Positions 10,465-19,916 of a stretch of DNA of 64,000 nucleotides are shown in pieces. Under the pieces are notes generated by a model. That model saw only the letters and a list, made by a program, of their open reading frames with translations, was not told where the DNA came from and made no database searches. Location of the stretch: NCBI GenBank assembly GCA_050013255.1, contig JBEKFP010000002.1, positions 544,001 to 608,000 of the forward strand, written 5' to 3'. Within the stretch, counting starts at the first letter, position 1; every line of letters starts with the position of its first letter. Source of the stretch: Candidatus Bathyarchaeia archaeon (GTDB taxonomy: Archaea; Thermoproteota; Bathyarchaeia; 40CM-2-53-6). Both the position numbers and the translations under genes were made by a program.

Positions 10465-11059
10465 GATGCTGGTCCAGCTCGCACGCTTAGCTGCCGCAAG
10501 TTACATCGAGAGCAAAACGATAATCAAACCGCCCCAGGATGCTCCTGAAAAGCTGTTCAGGAAGTCCGGCGTCTTTGTAACGCTTAACGCTACGAAGCCC
10601 ACCCACGAATTGCGAGGATGCATTGGCTTCCCCTACCCCGAAGAGCCCTTGGTGAACGCCACCATCAAGGCCGCGATCTATGCGGCCACGGAGGACCCGA
10701 GATTTCCGCCAGTCTCCTTGCGCGAGCTGAAGAACTCCATTGTCGTGGAAATCACCGCCCTCACCGAACCCCAGGCCTTGAAAACGAGTAATCGCAGATC
10801 CCTTCCCGAACTCATTCAAGTAGGCCGGCATGGCCTCATCGTCGCCCGGGGTAGAGATTCAGGCCTGCTCCTGCCGCAAGTGGCGACTGAGTGGAAGTGG
10901 GACGCATCCGAGTTTCTGATGAATTGTTGTCTAAAAGCGGGGCTCCCGCCCGACTCGTGGCTACTTGAGGGAGTTGAAATCAAAATCTTCGAAGGCGAGA
11001 TCTTCGAGGAGGTAGAACCAGCAGGCGAGGTTAGGAGAAAAAGCGTTGGTGGAACATGA
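10385..11059 (+). CDS. AMMECR1/TIGR00296 family protein
   Basis: GVFVTL, LRGCIG, DPRFPP, GLLLPQV, CLKAG. Confidence 0.92.
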   Translation: MKARGKFLTRRETAQLAQSNLNLEEGRMLVQLARLAAASYIESKTIIKPPQDAPEKLFRKSGVFVTLNATKPTHELRGCIGFPYPEEPLVNATIKAAIYAATEDPRFPPVSLRELKNSIVVEITALTEPQALKTSNRRSLPELIQVGRHGLIVARGRDSGLLLPQVATEWKWDASEFLMNCCLKAGLPPDSWLLEGVEIKIFEGEIFEEVEPAGEVRRKSVGGT

Positions 11060-12276
11060 GGTTGCGCGTCTATTTGGCCCCCTGCGGTATAGGCTTAGGC
11101 CACATAACAAGGGCACACCCAATCGCCAACGAACTGAAACATCGAGGAATCGAAACCGTATTCTCGACTTACCTTGACGGACTCGATTACGCGAAACGCA
11201 ACCATTTGCGCACCTATGAAGCCGTACCAATCAACTTCAGAGTAACAAACGACGGAACAATAGACTTCAAGAAAACAGCCGCGACCAGCGGTTTCTCGCT
11301 GGGCATCAGAACATTCCTTAAGCAGGTGGTCGGTGAGATTCAGTTCTTGAAGCAGTTCAGGCCGGACGTTGTTCTATCGGACTCTCGGGCCTCTTCTCTT
11401 GTAGCAGCCTGGCTGCTTAGAATTCCAGTCGCCCTAATGCTCAACCAGTTCAGAGTTGAAATAATAAGTCGCCCGTCAGGCCGCTCGTTGACGCCGCTCG
11501 ACCGGCTATTTTTTCTGATCGCAAACGTGGGATGGCTGTTCGTCCGAACTGCTATTCAACTTGTGTGGGGCCGAAGCCAAGTCATACTCATTCCAGACTT
11601 GCCATCACCATACACTATTTCGTTGGGGAACCTTGCAATCCCTAGACGATATAGTGAAAAGGTGAAGTTGATTGGCCCCATAGTTGAGCGGCAACACGAC
11701 AAATCGAGCACGCGAAGCGATGATATCCGGCGCAAGTTAGGCCTCGGATTGAAATTTCCCTTCATCTACGCTGCGGTGAGCGGGCCGAAGGTTGAACGCG
11801 AAATACTAGCTAGGATACTTCTTGACTCTTTCAAAAATATGTCCGGGGATTATAAAATCGTACTTTCCAGAGGCAATCCTGATGGAAAAAGAACAATGCA
11901 TTCTGTGGGCGGAGTAGTGATTTACGATTGGATTGAGAATCAGGATGATTTCATCAAAGCCAGCGACCTAGTCATCGGCAGGGCGGGCCACGGAACCATC
12001 ATGAAATCCCTCGCTTACGGTAAGCCTATGGTACTTGTGCCCATCCCTGACCATACTGAACAATATGGTAACGCACGCCGCGCCGCGTCCCTTCACGTCG
12101 CCGAAATGATTGACCAAAACATGTTGAACCATGACTCCCTGAAGTCTAAGGTCGAGAAAGTGCTCGAATCCCACAAATACATCACGAATGCATCGCGAAT
12201 TGGCAAGGAAGCTGCAGCAATGGACGCAGTTGCAATGGCCTGCGATATCGTTGAGGGTTTAGCTAGCCGGTCCTAG
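11056..12276 (+). CDS. GT-B glycosyltransferase (MJ1255/MurG-like)
   Basis: GIGLGHITR, GRAGHGT, HTEQYGNA. Confidence 0.85.
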   Translation: MRLRVYLAPCGIGLGHITRAHPIANELKHRGIETVFSTYLDGLDYAKRNHLRTYEAVPINFRVTNDGTIDFKKTAATSGFSLGIRTFLKQVVGEIQFLKQFRPDVVLSDSRASSLVAAWLLRIPVALMLNQFRVEIISRPSGRSLTPLDRLFFLIANVGWLFVRTAIQLVWGRSQVILIPDLPSPYTISLGNLAIPRRYSEKVKLIGPIVERQHDKSSTRSDDIRRKLGLGLKFPFIYAAVSGPKVEREILARILLDSFKNMSGDYKIVLSRGNPDGKRTMHSVGGVVIYDWIENQDDFIKASDLVIGRAGHGTIMKSLAYGKPMVLVPIPDHTEQYGNARRAASLHVAEMIDQNMLNHDSLKSKVEKVLESHKYITNASRIGKEAAAMDAVAMACDIVEGLASRS

Positions 12277-13406
12277 AGAGATATTTGCTCCACCTGAACT
12301 TGGTTAAGATGCTTCGATGCCTCGGCCGCCGAGGGCTGTATCCAAGGTTCGGAACCTTCCTCAAGTAATGACTCTCTACCTGAGATGCATGCCAAGCTAG
12401 CCATCTCCGATAGGTCTTCTTTTGTCAAACCTATTAGGGGGGTGAAAACCGCTACGTTTGGCGCTGCGGCCCTTAGCGTTTCAGCTAATGCGATTTCGCC
12501 AGCGACGTCTGCGAAGATTATTCCTTTGAATCTTTTTTCTTCAGCAAACTTGGCGGCCACCAACCTTACGAGGAATTTCGCGGTTGACTGATTCGGTTGG
12601 TCTTTGGGGATGTCTTCGATGAGCTGGTCACAGTTGAAAGTGTATGCCTTGTAGTTTGGGCGAGTTACAAGCCGTCGCAGATTTCGGGCGAGAGCTAGTT
12701 GATTCTCAATCTCGAAGGCTGGGTTGATGCTTGATAGTGGGATGATTAAGTGCGCCAGGCATCCTCTCCTCATCATTGCATATGCTGCGAGAAGCGTGAG
12801 AGGCCCCGAGTCCAAAACTGCCAGCATCTTCCATTGCGAAGACAGAGGGAGCCCGCCAGGTCCCTCCAATCTCTCCGCATAGAGGTAGGCATCTTCGCCC
12901 ACGAGGTCAACATGAATCGTAACATCGGCAGCCTCCAAGTCAACTGTGACACCTTTGCCCTTCAAGGCAAGGAGGACTTCAGACCCACCCTTGAGTTCAA
13001 CCTCACGACGAGACAAGGACCCTGACTCTGATCGGTGAGCCCGAATCGCGAATGACTGCCCCGATCGTAATTGTTCGTCCGCAAGTTCCACAACCGATTG
13101 GAGTACGGACTCTAATGAAGCGGACAGCAAGGTCGCGGGTGCAGCGTAAGCTACACCGAAGACTCCACTGCATGACTTGGCGCCATCCTTCGCCTCTCTC
13201 ATCGACTTTAAGCCACGTATCACGACCCTGGCGGCATGTTTCTCAAGCCGAAAACCTGTGAACCCTGCGCGAGAGAGAGCGAATCTAAGGTCATCCACTA
13301 GGCGTTGCTCTAGGGTGCGCCTGACCGGGGAACTCTTCAACGTGAATTCGGCTGAAGCTACGAGTATAACTGGTTCCGTCAGATGGGACAAGTAGGCTTT
13401 CCCCAA
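12273..13406 (-). CDS. ThiI-like THUMP protein with degenerate PP-loop
   Basis: EFTLKS, VFGVA, THUMP, GPGGLP, but LDSGPLT in place of SGGxDS. Confidence 0.75.
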   Translation of the reverse strand: MGKAYLSHLTEPVILVASAEFTLKSSPVRRTLEQRLVDDLRFALSRAGFTGFRLEKHAARVVIRGLKSMREAKDGAKSCSGVFGVAYAAPATLLSASLESVLQSVVELADEQLRSGQSFAIRAHRSESGSLSRREVELKGGSEVLLALKGKGVTVDLEAADVTIHVDLVGEDAYLYAERLEGPGGLPLSSQWKMLAVLDSGPLTLLAAYAMMRRGCLAHLIIPLSSINPAFEIENQLALARNLRRLVTRPNYKAYTFNCDQLIEDIPKDQPNQSTAKFLVRLVAAKFAEEKRFKGIIFADVAGEIALAETLRAAAPNVAVFTPLIGLTKEDLSEMASLACISGRESLLEEGSEPWIQPSAAEASKHLNQVQVEQISL

Positions 13407-13475
13407 ATAGGGAAAGTGGAGGATGGCGTTCGTCCTACTTAGGTTGACGGAGATGGAAGAAAAATGGGAAGTGGT

Positions 13476-15140
13476 TTAGTAATCGTCTCCGCCAGGCATT
13501 CCACCAGGCATGCCGCCGGGCATTCCGCCGCCTGGGGGCATGGGTGGTCCTCCCTTGCCTCCCTTGGAGGCCACGACATCATCGATGCGTAGAATCATTG
13601 ATGCTGCTTCAGTCGCGGACTTGATAACTTGGAGTTTCACGCGTAGCGGCTCGATTACGTTTAAGCTGCGCATGTCTTTGACTTCGCCGGAGAAGACGTC
13701 GACGCCGTACCAGCGGTTCTCATGGTTCTCATGCTTGGCGCGCAAAGCAACCATAATGTCGATTGGGTCTAGGCCAGCGTTCTCAGCGAGGGCTAGGGGT
13801 ACGCTTTCGACGGCATCTGCGAAGGCCTCTATGGCCAGTTGCTCACGGCCGCCGACTTTGACTGCGTAGTCGCGTAGTTTCTTGGCTGTCTCGGCTTCAG
13901 CCGCGCCGCCGCCAGCCACTATCTTCCCATCCTCGATTGCGTCCCGAATAACGCATAGAGCGTCGTGGAGGGAACGTTCAGCCTCGTCCACAACATGCTC
14001 AGTTCCCCCTCGAATAACAACCGTCACAGCCTTCGGGTTCTTGGCATCCCTTACGTAGGTTAGTTTGTCATCCCCGATCTTCGTCTCATCGATTACCTTG
14101 GCTTCACCAAGGGATTCCCTTCCTACGTCCTTGACGTTCGCTACGATTTTGGCGCCCGTAGCCTTGGAGAGCTTCTCCATATCACCGCTGCTCACGTTCT
14201 TGACCGCGGCAATTCCCTTCTTTGAGAGAAAGTGTAGCGCCATGTCGTCGATGGATTTTTCGCAGAATACGAAGTTAGCACCGCTCTTTGTGACATCATC
14301 AACCATTTCCTTCAGCATACGTTCCTCTTCATCAAGGAAGAGCTTGATTTGATCCGGATTGTCGATGTTGATCTTCGCGTCGAACTCGGTTTTCTCGATT
14401 TCGAGCTTCGCGTTGAGTAAGGCGATCTTGGCGTTTTCGGTGCGCTTGGGCATCTGAGGATGAGCGACTTCCTTGTCGATCACTATGCCGCGAACGAGCT
14501 CCGTTTCTTCCAGGCTCTTGCCGTGTTTCTTCAATACCTTGACGAGGTCGACGTCAACCTTGGTCTTGCCGTCTTTCGTTTCTTTGATTTGAAGGGCTGC
14601 ATTGACTGCTATCTTTGCTAGATGGTCCTTCGCACCCGTTACTCCCTTGGTGCTCATCGCCGTCATTGCAATCTTTGTGAGGGTTTCCGCATCCTCCGTG
14701 TTGATCTTCTCGCTGAGGCCCTCGAGAATATCCTTCGCCTGTTCTGCTGCCTTCTTGTAGCCTTCAACAATCACAGTGGGGTGCACGTCTTTGTCCAGGA
14801 GTTTCTCAGCCTTGTCGAGTAACTCGCCAGTTAGGAGTACGGCAGTTGTGGTTCCATCGCCCACTTCATTATCCTGTGTTTTAGCAACTTCGACCAGCAT
14901 CTTCGCCGCGGGGTGCTGGATATCAAGTTCTTTCATGATCGTGGCGCCGTCATTTGTGATAACAACATCCCCGATCCCGCTGACGAGCATCTTATCCATT
15001 CCGCGTGGCCCGAGAGTTGTCCTGACTGTTTGAGCAACGACCTTGGCTGCGAGGATATTGTTTCGTTGCGCGTCTCTACCTTGAGTTCGTTGAGTTCCTT
15101 CCTTCAATATTATGACAGGTACACCTTGTTCCGACATCAT
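13476..15140 (-). CDS. ths: Thermosome (group II chaperonin) subunit
   Basis: [19 protein letters not shown] tail. Confidence 0.97.
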   Translation of the reverse strand: MMSEQGVPVIILKEGTQRTQGRDAQRNNILAAKVVAQTVRTTLGPRGMDKMLVSGIGDVVITNDGATIMKELDIQHPAAKMLVEVAKTQDNEVGDGTTTAVLLTGELLDKAEKLLDKDVHPTVIVEGYKKAAEQAKDILEGLSEKINTEDAETLTKIAMTAMSTKGVTGAKDHLAKIAVNAALQIKETKDGKTKVDVDLVKVLKKHGKSLEETELVRGIVIDKEVAHPQMPKRTENAKIALLNAKLEIEKTEFDAKINIDNPDQIKLFLDEEERMLKEMVDDVTKSGANFVFCEKSIDDMALHFLSKKGIAAVKNVSSGDMEKLSKATGAKIVANVKDVGRESLGEAKVIDETKIGDDKLTYVRDAKNPKAVTVVIRGGTEHVVDEAERSLHDALCVIRDAIEDGKIVAGGGAAEAETAKKLRDYAVKVGGREQLAIEAFADAVESVPLALAENAGLDPIDIMVALRAKHENHENRWYGVDVFSGEVKDMRSLNVIEPLRVKLQVIKSATEAASMILRIDDVVASKGGKGGPPMPPGGGMPGGMPGGMPGGDDY

Positions 15141-15176
15141 AGGTCACCGATTTTGTTACTGCAGGTAAAAAATCCC

Positions 15177-15188
15177 CTATATAAAATT
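15177..15188 (-). promoter_or_regulatory. TATA box of the thermosome gene
   Basis: AATTTTATATAG about 37 nt upstream of the start. Confidence 0.65.
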
Positions 15189-15270
15189 GCTGGGCCGGTC
15201 CTGTTACTTCTTCGGTTGACCATTTTAGGTCGGTTTAGGGGTTTTGGCTGTTACCTTTCGGTTGATTGGG

Positions 15271-15978
15271 CTAGCTTACCTGTGACATGGATTCGTTGAT
15301 GTGCCCGTCAGGTAGAACAAATACAAGGAATGAGTGAGTGACCACATATTCATCAACGCCGGTTCCGCGAACAAGATATCCACCATCCTGTAGTGCAGGC
15401 TCAACACGGACCTCCCAATTCCGTAGCCTTAATCCCCGCCTATCCGTAATCCAATCTATGGCCCTTTTAACTGCCAGTTCGCGGTCGATCTCCTTCGTGG
15501 CGAACGAACTAGGTGGTGGTGGCAGATATGGGTAGTACGATCCTCGTGGCTGCCGATTCTTCACTTGTGACTGAACGAGGTTTACTGTACCGCTTGAGGC
15601 GGGAACAAAAGTATCCAGCTTGCTTTTCAACCCTGCTGCTACATCTCTGAACCATAAAACGAGACCCAAAGTAGTTAGAAATTGGGCGGTGGATAAGGCA
15701 GGGTTATTTGTTTGAAACTGAGATGCGACAGAAATAGCAGAGGCACATGACAAAGCCACAAGACCCGTTCTGATTAAGAATTCCTCTGAATTCCACGCGA
15801 TGCTTACTTTGCTTCGATGTGATCTAACAAACAAGTACGCCACAGATAATCCTCCTATAACGAGCCACACCAGCAAATCAATGAGGTATAGCGAAGTGAA
15901 AAAATCGAGAAAGCCCAAGGTCAATCCCAAAATTGTTGAGCTACCAAACCTCCCGCGATCGCGCCTAGCGCAGCCCAA
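15271..15978 (-). CDS. Cargo: membrane protein with soluble C-terminal domain
   Basis: ~4 TM, Pro-rich linker, small alpha/beta domain; start uncertain. Confidence 0.6.
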   Translation of the reverse strand: MGCARRDRGRFGSSTILGLTLGFLDFFTSLYLIDLLVWLVIGGLSVAYLFVRSHRSKVSIAWNSEEFLIRTGLVALSCASAISVASQFQTNNPALSTAQFLTTLGLVLWFRDVAAGLKSKLDTFVPASSGTVNLVQSQVKNRQPRGSYYPYLPPPPSSFATKEIDRELAVKRAIDWITDRRGLRLRNWEVRVEPALQDGGYLVRGTGVDEYVVTHSFLVFVLPDGHINESMSQVS

Positions 15979-16118
15979 ACAACATTTTGACCAAGAAACA
16001 CGTAGATCATTACGCCAGCAACTATTGCTCCTATTATGAAATGATTTCTTTGGCGTTCCGCTCTGTTTGACATTCGTTTCTCCTTTCTGATATATTCACC
16101 TCTCTCCATCTTTAACAC
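15921..16118 (-). CDS. Cargo: small 2-TM Gly-zipper-like protein
   Basis: IIGAIVAG...AALGAIAGGLVA, directly downstream of the transposase. Confidence 0.5.
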   Translation of the reverse strand: MLKMERGEYIRKEKRMSNRAERQRNHFIIGAIVAGVMIYVFLGQNVVWAALGAIAGGLVAQQFWD

Positions 16119-16129
16119 TATGCGAAAAA

Positions 16130-17260
16130 TCAGGTTGATTCTTGGCTAGCGTTTTGGATTAGGGTTAGCCACTTATCTTTTCCTTTGACTTTGATGCCCG
16201 CTAATTCGGCTGGGGTTTTTCCGTTTATTCCCATGTGTGGGCGAATGTAGTTGTGGAAAATTTGATAGCCTGTTAAGATTGGCGTGTCCTCTTTCTTGAG
16301 TGAGCGCATGACCTTCTCTCTGTCCCTGATTTCTCCGTTCATGCGTTCCATCTTGTTATTGTTCAAGTCACCTGACATACGAACATGTCGAATGTGTTGA
16401 ATCATCAGTGCCTTATTTTCACGCCAAAACGCTTTCTCGTAAGCCGAACTGAAGTTGAACGCTCCGTCTGTGATGAGTGTACTTGGTGCTTTCTCTGCGA
16501 ACTTCTTTCCTTCGCGGAATAGTGGTGTTATGTCGGCTGTGTATTTCGAGTCTGTGACTTGTTGAGCTATCCAGAACCGTGTCTCATCATCCATGAGAGC
16601 ATAGAGGTACTTCATATCTCCACGCACTTTCAGGAATAGTTCATCAGCTCTCCACGTGTCCGAGACTTGCGGCGTTATCTTGTCTAGGTACTTCTCCATC
16701 AATGCGGTGTACTTCTTTATCCACATGAACACGGTTTTGTGGCTAACTTGAACGCCAAGCAACCGAAGCGATCTTGCCGTGTTCCGTAGGCTCTCACCGG
16801 AAAAGTATAGTTGCATGGCGGTTGTGACACCATGCGGGTTATGCTTCATCTTTTCGAAACCGAGATTCACGCTGAAGGTTCTCTCACAATCGGCGCATAA
16901 GAAGCGTTGTAGGTTGCCACACTTGTTCCAGCGAACACCATATTTCTTCAAGTTACGTGAATGGCAGAAAACACATGAGTTGATTTCAACGGGTTGAATT
17001 ACGAATTCTCTGACTTTCTCACGTAGCTTTAGACTAAACTCAACGGCCCAGATATGCTTACATTTGACTTCGCGATGCGTGAAGTCGGGGCAGTTGCATA
17101 TCCAGCCAATAGCGAACGATTCTGTTCGAGCTACGTCGTACGTTATCTCGCGTGATTGGGAAGCTACCTTGTAGAACTTTTCGCTTAATCGTTGAACTTG
17201 GTTAGGCTTCTGCGCTATTGCTTGTCCTCTTTCCTGACGAGAGAGCATAGCTGTTTGCAT
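16130..17260 (-). CDS. IS6-family DDE transposase with N-terminal SWIM finger and Zn ribbon
   Basis: SWIM CNCPDF..CKH; CVFC..CADC; WRADE / ITDG / NNKMER triad; HNYIRPH. Confidence 0.88.
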   Translation of the reverse strand: MQTAMLSRQERGQAIAQKPNQVQRLSEKFYKVASQSREITYDVARTESFAIGWICNCPDFTHREVKCKHIWAVEFSLKLREKVREFVIQPVEINSCVFCHSRNLKKYGVRWNKCGNLQRFLCADCERTFSVNLGFEKMKHNPHGVTTAMQLYFSGESLRNTARSLRLLGVQVSHKTVFMWIKKYTALMEKYLDKITPQVSDTWRADELFLKVRGDMKYLYALMDDETRFWIAQQVTDSKYTADITPLFREGKKFAEKAPSTLITDGAFNFSSAYEKAFWRENKALMIQHIRHVRMSGDLNNNKMERMNGEIRDREKVMRSLKKEDTPILTGYQIFHNYIRPHMGINGKTPAELAGIKVKGKDKWLTLIQNASQEST

Positions 17261-17271
17261 GTGTTTCGCCT

Positions 17272-17327
17272 ATGCTTTGATATTACAGCATAAGGCGTAT
17301 ATAACGATTACTGTGATATTACAGCAT
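17272..17327. promoter_or_regulatory. Divergent promoter with two near-palindromic operator-like sites
   Basis: TGATATTACAGCAT at 17278-17291 and 17314-17327 flanking GTATATAAC. Confidence 0.6.
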
Positions 17328-17542
17328 TGGGAAAGAACGTGGTCAGAAAGCAAATTCTGGGCGATTGGGAGCGTAAGATACTCGTATCCTATCTCAAAGA
17401 TGAACGACTGAAAGGCTACACCGCTCTACTGTTTCACATTCGCAAGATGGGGTTAAAAGCAATCATAGACGGGTGCGAGAACGACCTCAAGATTCTGCGG
17501 CAACTAGCGACCAAGGAGGAAAAGAAAACTGAGCGCACTTAG
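17327..17542 (+). CDS. Small basic protein divergent from the transposase (putative regulator)
   Basis: 71-aa Lys/Arg-rich ORF starting inside the second operator-like site. Confidence 0.65.
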   Translation: MGKNVVRKQILGDWERKILVSYLKDERLKGYTALLFHIRKMGLKAIIDGCENDLKILRQLATKEEKKTERT

Positions 17543-18005
17543 ACATTTTAGGAGCGTTTTCCTCGCTTTTCCTTTTTCAATCCTTGTGATGCTTATCTTT
17601 GCCGCGATTTCAAGCGATGTTTGGATTTTCGTTGTCTCTGCTCTCTTAGCTTGGGTTATAGCAGATACGATATTCAATCTGTTAATTCGTGGTGGCGAGG
17701 GAATATTTCAAACGCGGCTCGCTGGCACGACTCACACACAAGCCGTTGGATACGGCTATCTTGTGTTCCTATTCGTTGTAGGTTTTGCCACGCTGATGGC
17801 TACCAAGTTCACTGAGTGGCTCATGCTGATTATCCCATTCTGGCTTAACTCATATGATGGAATGACTGGAGCCATAATCAATATTGCGAACATCCGGTAT
17901 GTCTCAGCGAGTTGGTTCTTCAGTACGCTGATAATCAGTTCCGCTGCCGGAATCGCTGCTTTGATTGATCTTTTCGTGAGATTCTATCAGCGGCATGAGA
18001 GATAG
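17529..18005 (+). CDS. Cargo: membrane protein, paralog A1
   Basis: WIFVVSALLAWVIADTIFNLL aligns with the 18284 ORF; frame open back to CTG 17529 after AGGAGG (ORF track start 17586). Confidence 0.65.
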   Translation: MSALRHFRSVFLAFPFSILVMLIFAAISSDVWIFVVSALLAWVIADTIFNLLIRGGEGIFQTRLAGTTHTQAVGYGYLVFLFVVGFATLMATKFTEWLMLIIPFWLNSYDGMTGAIINIANIRYVSASWFFSTLIISSAAGIAALIDLFVRFYQRHER

Positions 18006-18189
18006 CTACGAAAACGCCCACGAGAGTTCCGAGAACTATCATTGGATTGACTCGAAAGTAGGCTGCGCACAACAGGAACACAATATCGCATAGAACGGTC
18101 ATAACAAGCATTTTTACAGGTATGGGCATCAGCAGGAACGGCTCACTCGCCCCACCAAGGAAACGCCTTACTACATCGCTAAATCTCAC
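17935..18189 (-). CDS. Cargo: small 2-TM protein B1, convergent with and overlapping A1
   Basis: Hydrophobic hairpin with basic tail; same arrangement recurs at 18582. Confidence 0.5.
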   Translation of the reverse strand: MRFSDVVRRFLGGASEPFLLMPIPVKMLVMTVLCDIVFLLCAAYFRVNPMIVLGTLVGVFVAISHAADRISRKDQSKQRFRQRN

Positions 18190-18220
18190 TTGACTTAACC
18201 AAAGGAAAAATGCTTGTTAT

Positions 18221-18269
18221 CCGACAAAAAGTAACACCAAATACCATCAGATAACAAGGTAACAGACCC
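18221..18269 (-). repeat. Internal degenerate IS6-type end
   Basis: rc GGGTCTGTTACC ending at 18269 plus a second GTAACA at 18231-18236. Confidence 0.5.
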
Positions 18270-18283
18270 CAGCTGAACCGTGA

Positions 18284-18646
18284 ATGTCACGAGACTTCTG
18301 GAAAAATGCGCTGATCGCTTTACCTATAGCAATAGGCATGTTGACTGCCCTAGAATGGTATAATCAGCAGTATTGGTTGTTTGCCGTTACGGGATTAGTC
18401 GGTTGGTGCGTCGCTGACTTTTTGTTTCGCATTCTTCAAAAACAAGGAGCAGTAAATGTCATCGACTTTGTTGGCTTCATAATCGTTGTCATCATGGCTA
18501 CCGCCGCAGGTGCTTACGTAAGCAACGCATTAGTGAATTCGCAGAAGACAAGCGAAAACCAGCTGATTCCAGCATTAATGGTCAACTTTGTTGCTGCCTC
18601 TCTCGCTTATGTTGAATCGAGTTATGAAATACAAGAGCACCTATAG
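18284..18646 (+). CDS. Cargo: membrane protein, paralog A2
   Basis: WLFAVTGLVGWCVADFLFRIL; ~4 TM. Confidence 0.65.
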   Translation: MSRDFWKNALIALPIAIGMLTALEWYNQQYWLFAVTGLVGWCVADFLFRILQKQGAVNVIDFVGFIIVVIMATAAGAYVSNALVNSQKTSENQLIPALMVNFVAASLAYVESSYEIQEHL

Positions 18647-18770
18647 TTGCAACAACATACGACACAACGCAAGCTATCAGAGTGATATGGGCATCAAGAT
18701 GTAAAACTAGGGCAATCCCAAGGAATAACGCTTCTAAAAGGGCAATCGCGATAGCTAACTGAACATCCAA
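18582..18770 (-). CDS. Cargo: small 2-TM protein B2, convergent with and overlapping A2
   Basis: Hydrophobic hairpin with charged tail. Confidence 0.5.
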   Translation of the reverse strand: MDVQLAIAIALLEALFLGIALVLHLDAHITLIACVVSYVVATIGALVFHNSIQHKRERQQQS

Positions 18771-18926
18771 CCGTAGACGTCTGAAGATATTTATTGGTCC
18801 TATCAGTGATGGTCAGTTGTCTCCGAGATAGTGCCCTGTCAACCGAAAGGTAACAACGGACAAAATAGCCACAAAAATGCGCCCGTTAGAGCCTTTCAAC
18901 CGCAGAGGTAACACCACCGCTGGGCC

Positions 18927-19018
18927 GGCTCTTTTGCGTTCGTGGGACACGGCAAAAACGCCCTCGAAAGGGTTTGCAAAGCGGGACACAGACTTTTACC
19001 TGTCAAACTGCGGGACAT
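18927..19018 (+). repeat. Second-type IS6-like end with GGGACA sub-repeats
   Basis: GGCTCTTTTGCGTTCGTGGGACAC starts right after the TSD; GGGACA occurs three times; homologous to 23068-23118. Confidence 0.55.
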
Positions 19019-19027
19019 GGCTAGGTA

Positions 19028-19915
19028 ATGCGCTTGGTAGGTTTGCGGCAGCGCATACGCGATTTCTGGATTACGTTAAGAGTGCATCGTATTGCGTGGG
19101 CTCTCACCCTTGGAAGCTTGTGGATTCTGTACTCGTGGATTATAGCCGAATGGTTTTACAGGCATGGAATAACGCGACGGTCAATCAGGTATTTCGTTCA
19201 TCGCCTTGCCAATGTTCTGCTCTGGCTAATTGGAGGACTAGTAGTGCTTCTCGTACTCGCCTATGGTCCGTCCTATGTCTACGAATTGGTACGATCATGG
19301 GTTGCTGAAAACTTGGTTAATCCAGCGCAATTCTTCACCGAGGCGCTCGTGCTGCTAATAGTTGAGCTACCAATACTGTACTTGGTCAGTCGCGTTGCAG
19401 GTGAATCCAAGTCACCCGTAGCAAGACTTCAGGTCAACGCCTCAAGACCAACTGAGAATAAAGATGGAAGTCTAATTCTCGGAGTAAATGTCACAAATGT
19501 CGGCGAAGTTGCAGCGGTTAGTTGTGAAGCGAGGCTCACCTTTGAACTCAAGTCAGGTGATTTAGTTGATTCAACCACAGACACAGTTTTCACTAGGGAC
19601 ACATTCAAACCGCCTTTGAGGACCAAGGTTCCTTGGAATAATGCAACACTATACACGCACTTAAGAGTCGGTGATTTGGGAGAGATTCCAGTCGTTAAAG
19701 TGTCGTTAGATTCAGAACATTTTGAAATACCGAGCGACCAAGGATGGACTCCTATCAGTCTTTCAGTGAGACCTGACCATTATTTCGGCTCAGTTAATGT
19801 TGTTCCGTTTAATGGAAGGCCCACTCTAACTCGTTTTGTCTTGAGACAGGTGGAGATTCCAGATCGCTATGGTAGGCCCACAGGGTTGTTGCGGTGGGGG
19901 GTACAGTTACTATGA
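19028..19915 (+). CDS. Membrane protein (3 TM) with beta-rich soluble domain
   Basis: 295-aa ORF; TM segments then Ig-like VNVTNVG motif. Confidence 0.7.
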   Translation: MRLVGLRQRIRDFWITLRVHRIAWALTLGSLWILYSWIIAEWFYRHGITRRSIRYFVHRLANVLLWLIGGLVVLLVLAYGPSYVYELVRSWVAENLVNPAQFFTEALVLLIVELPILYLVSRVAGESKSPVARLQVNASRPTENKDGSLILGVNVTNVGEVAAVSCEARLTFELKSGDLVDSTTDTVFTRDTFKPPLRTKVPWNNATLYTHLRVGDLGEIPVVKVSLDSEHFEIPSDQGWTPISLSVRPDHYFGSVNVVPFNGRPTLTRFVLRQVEIPDRYGRPTGLLRWGVQLL

Positions 19916-19916
19916 A

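Larger units (their letters stand above)
15197..18918 (-). mobile_element. IS6-family cargo-carrying transposon, 3722 bp, with TIRs and 8-bp target duplication
   Basis: TIR GGTCCTGTTACTTCTTCGGTTGA (15197-15219) vs GGTGGTGTTACCTCTGCGGTTGA (rc 18896-18918), 19/23; perfect 17-bp inner IR (15249-15265 / 18839-18855); GCTGGGCC at 15189-15196 and 18919-18926; internal IS6 transposase. Confidence 0.85.
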
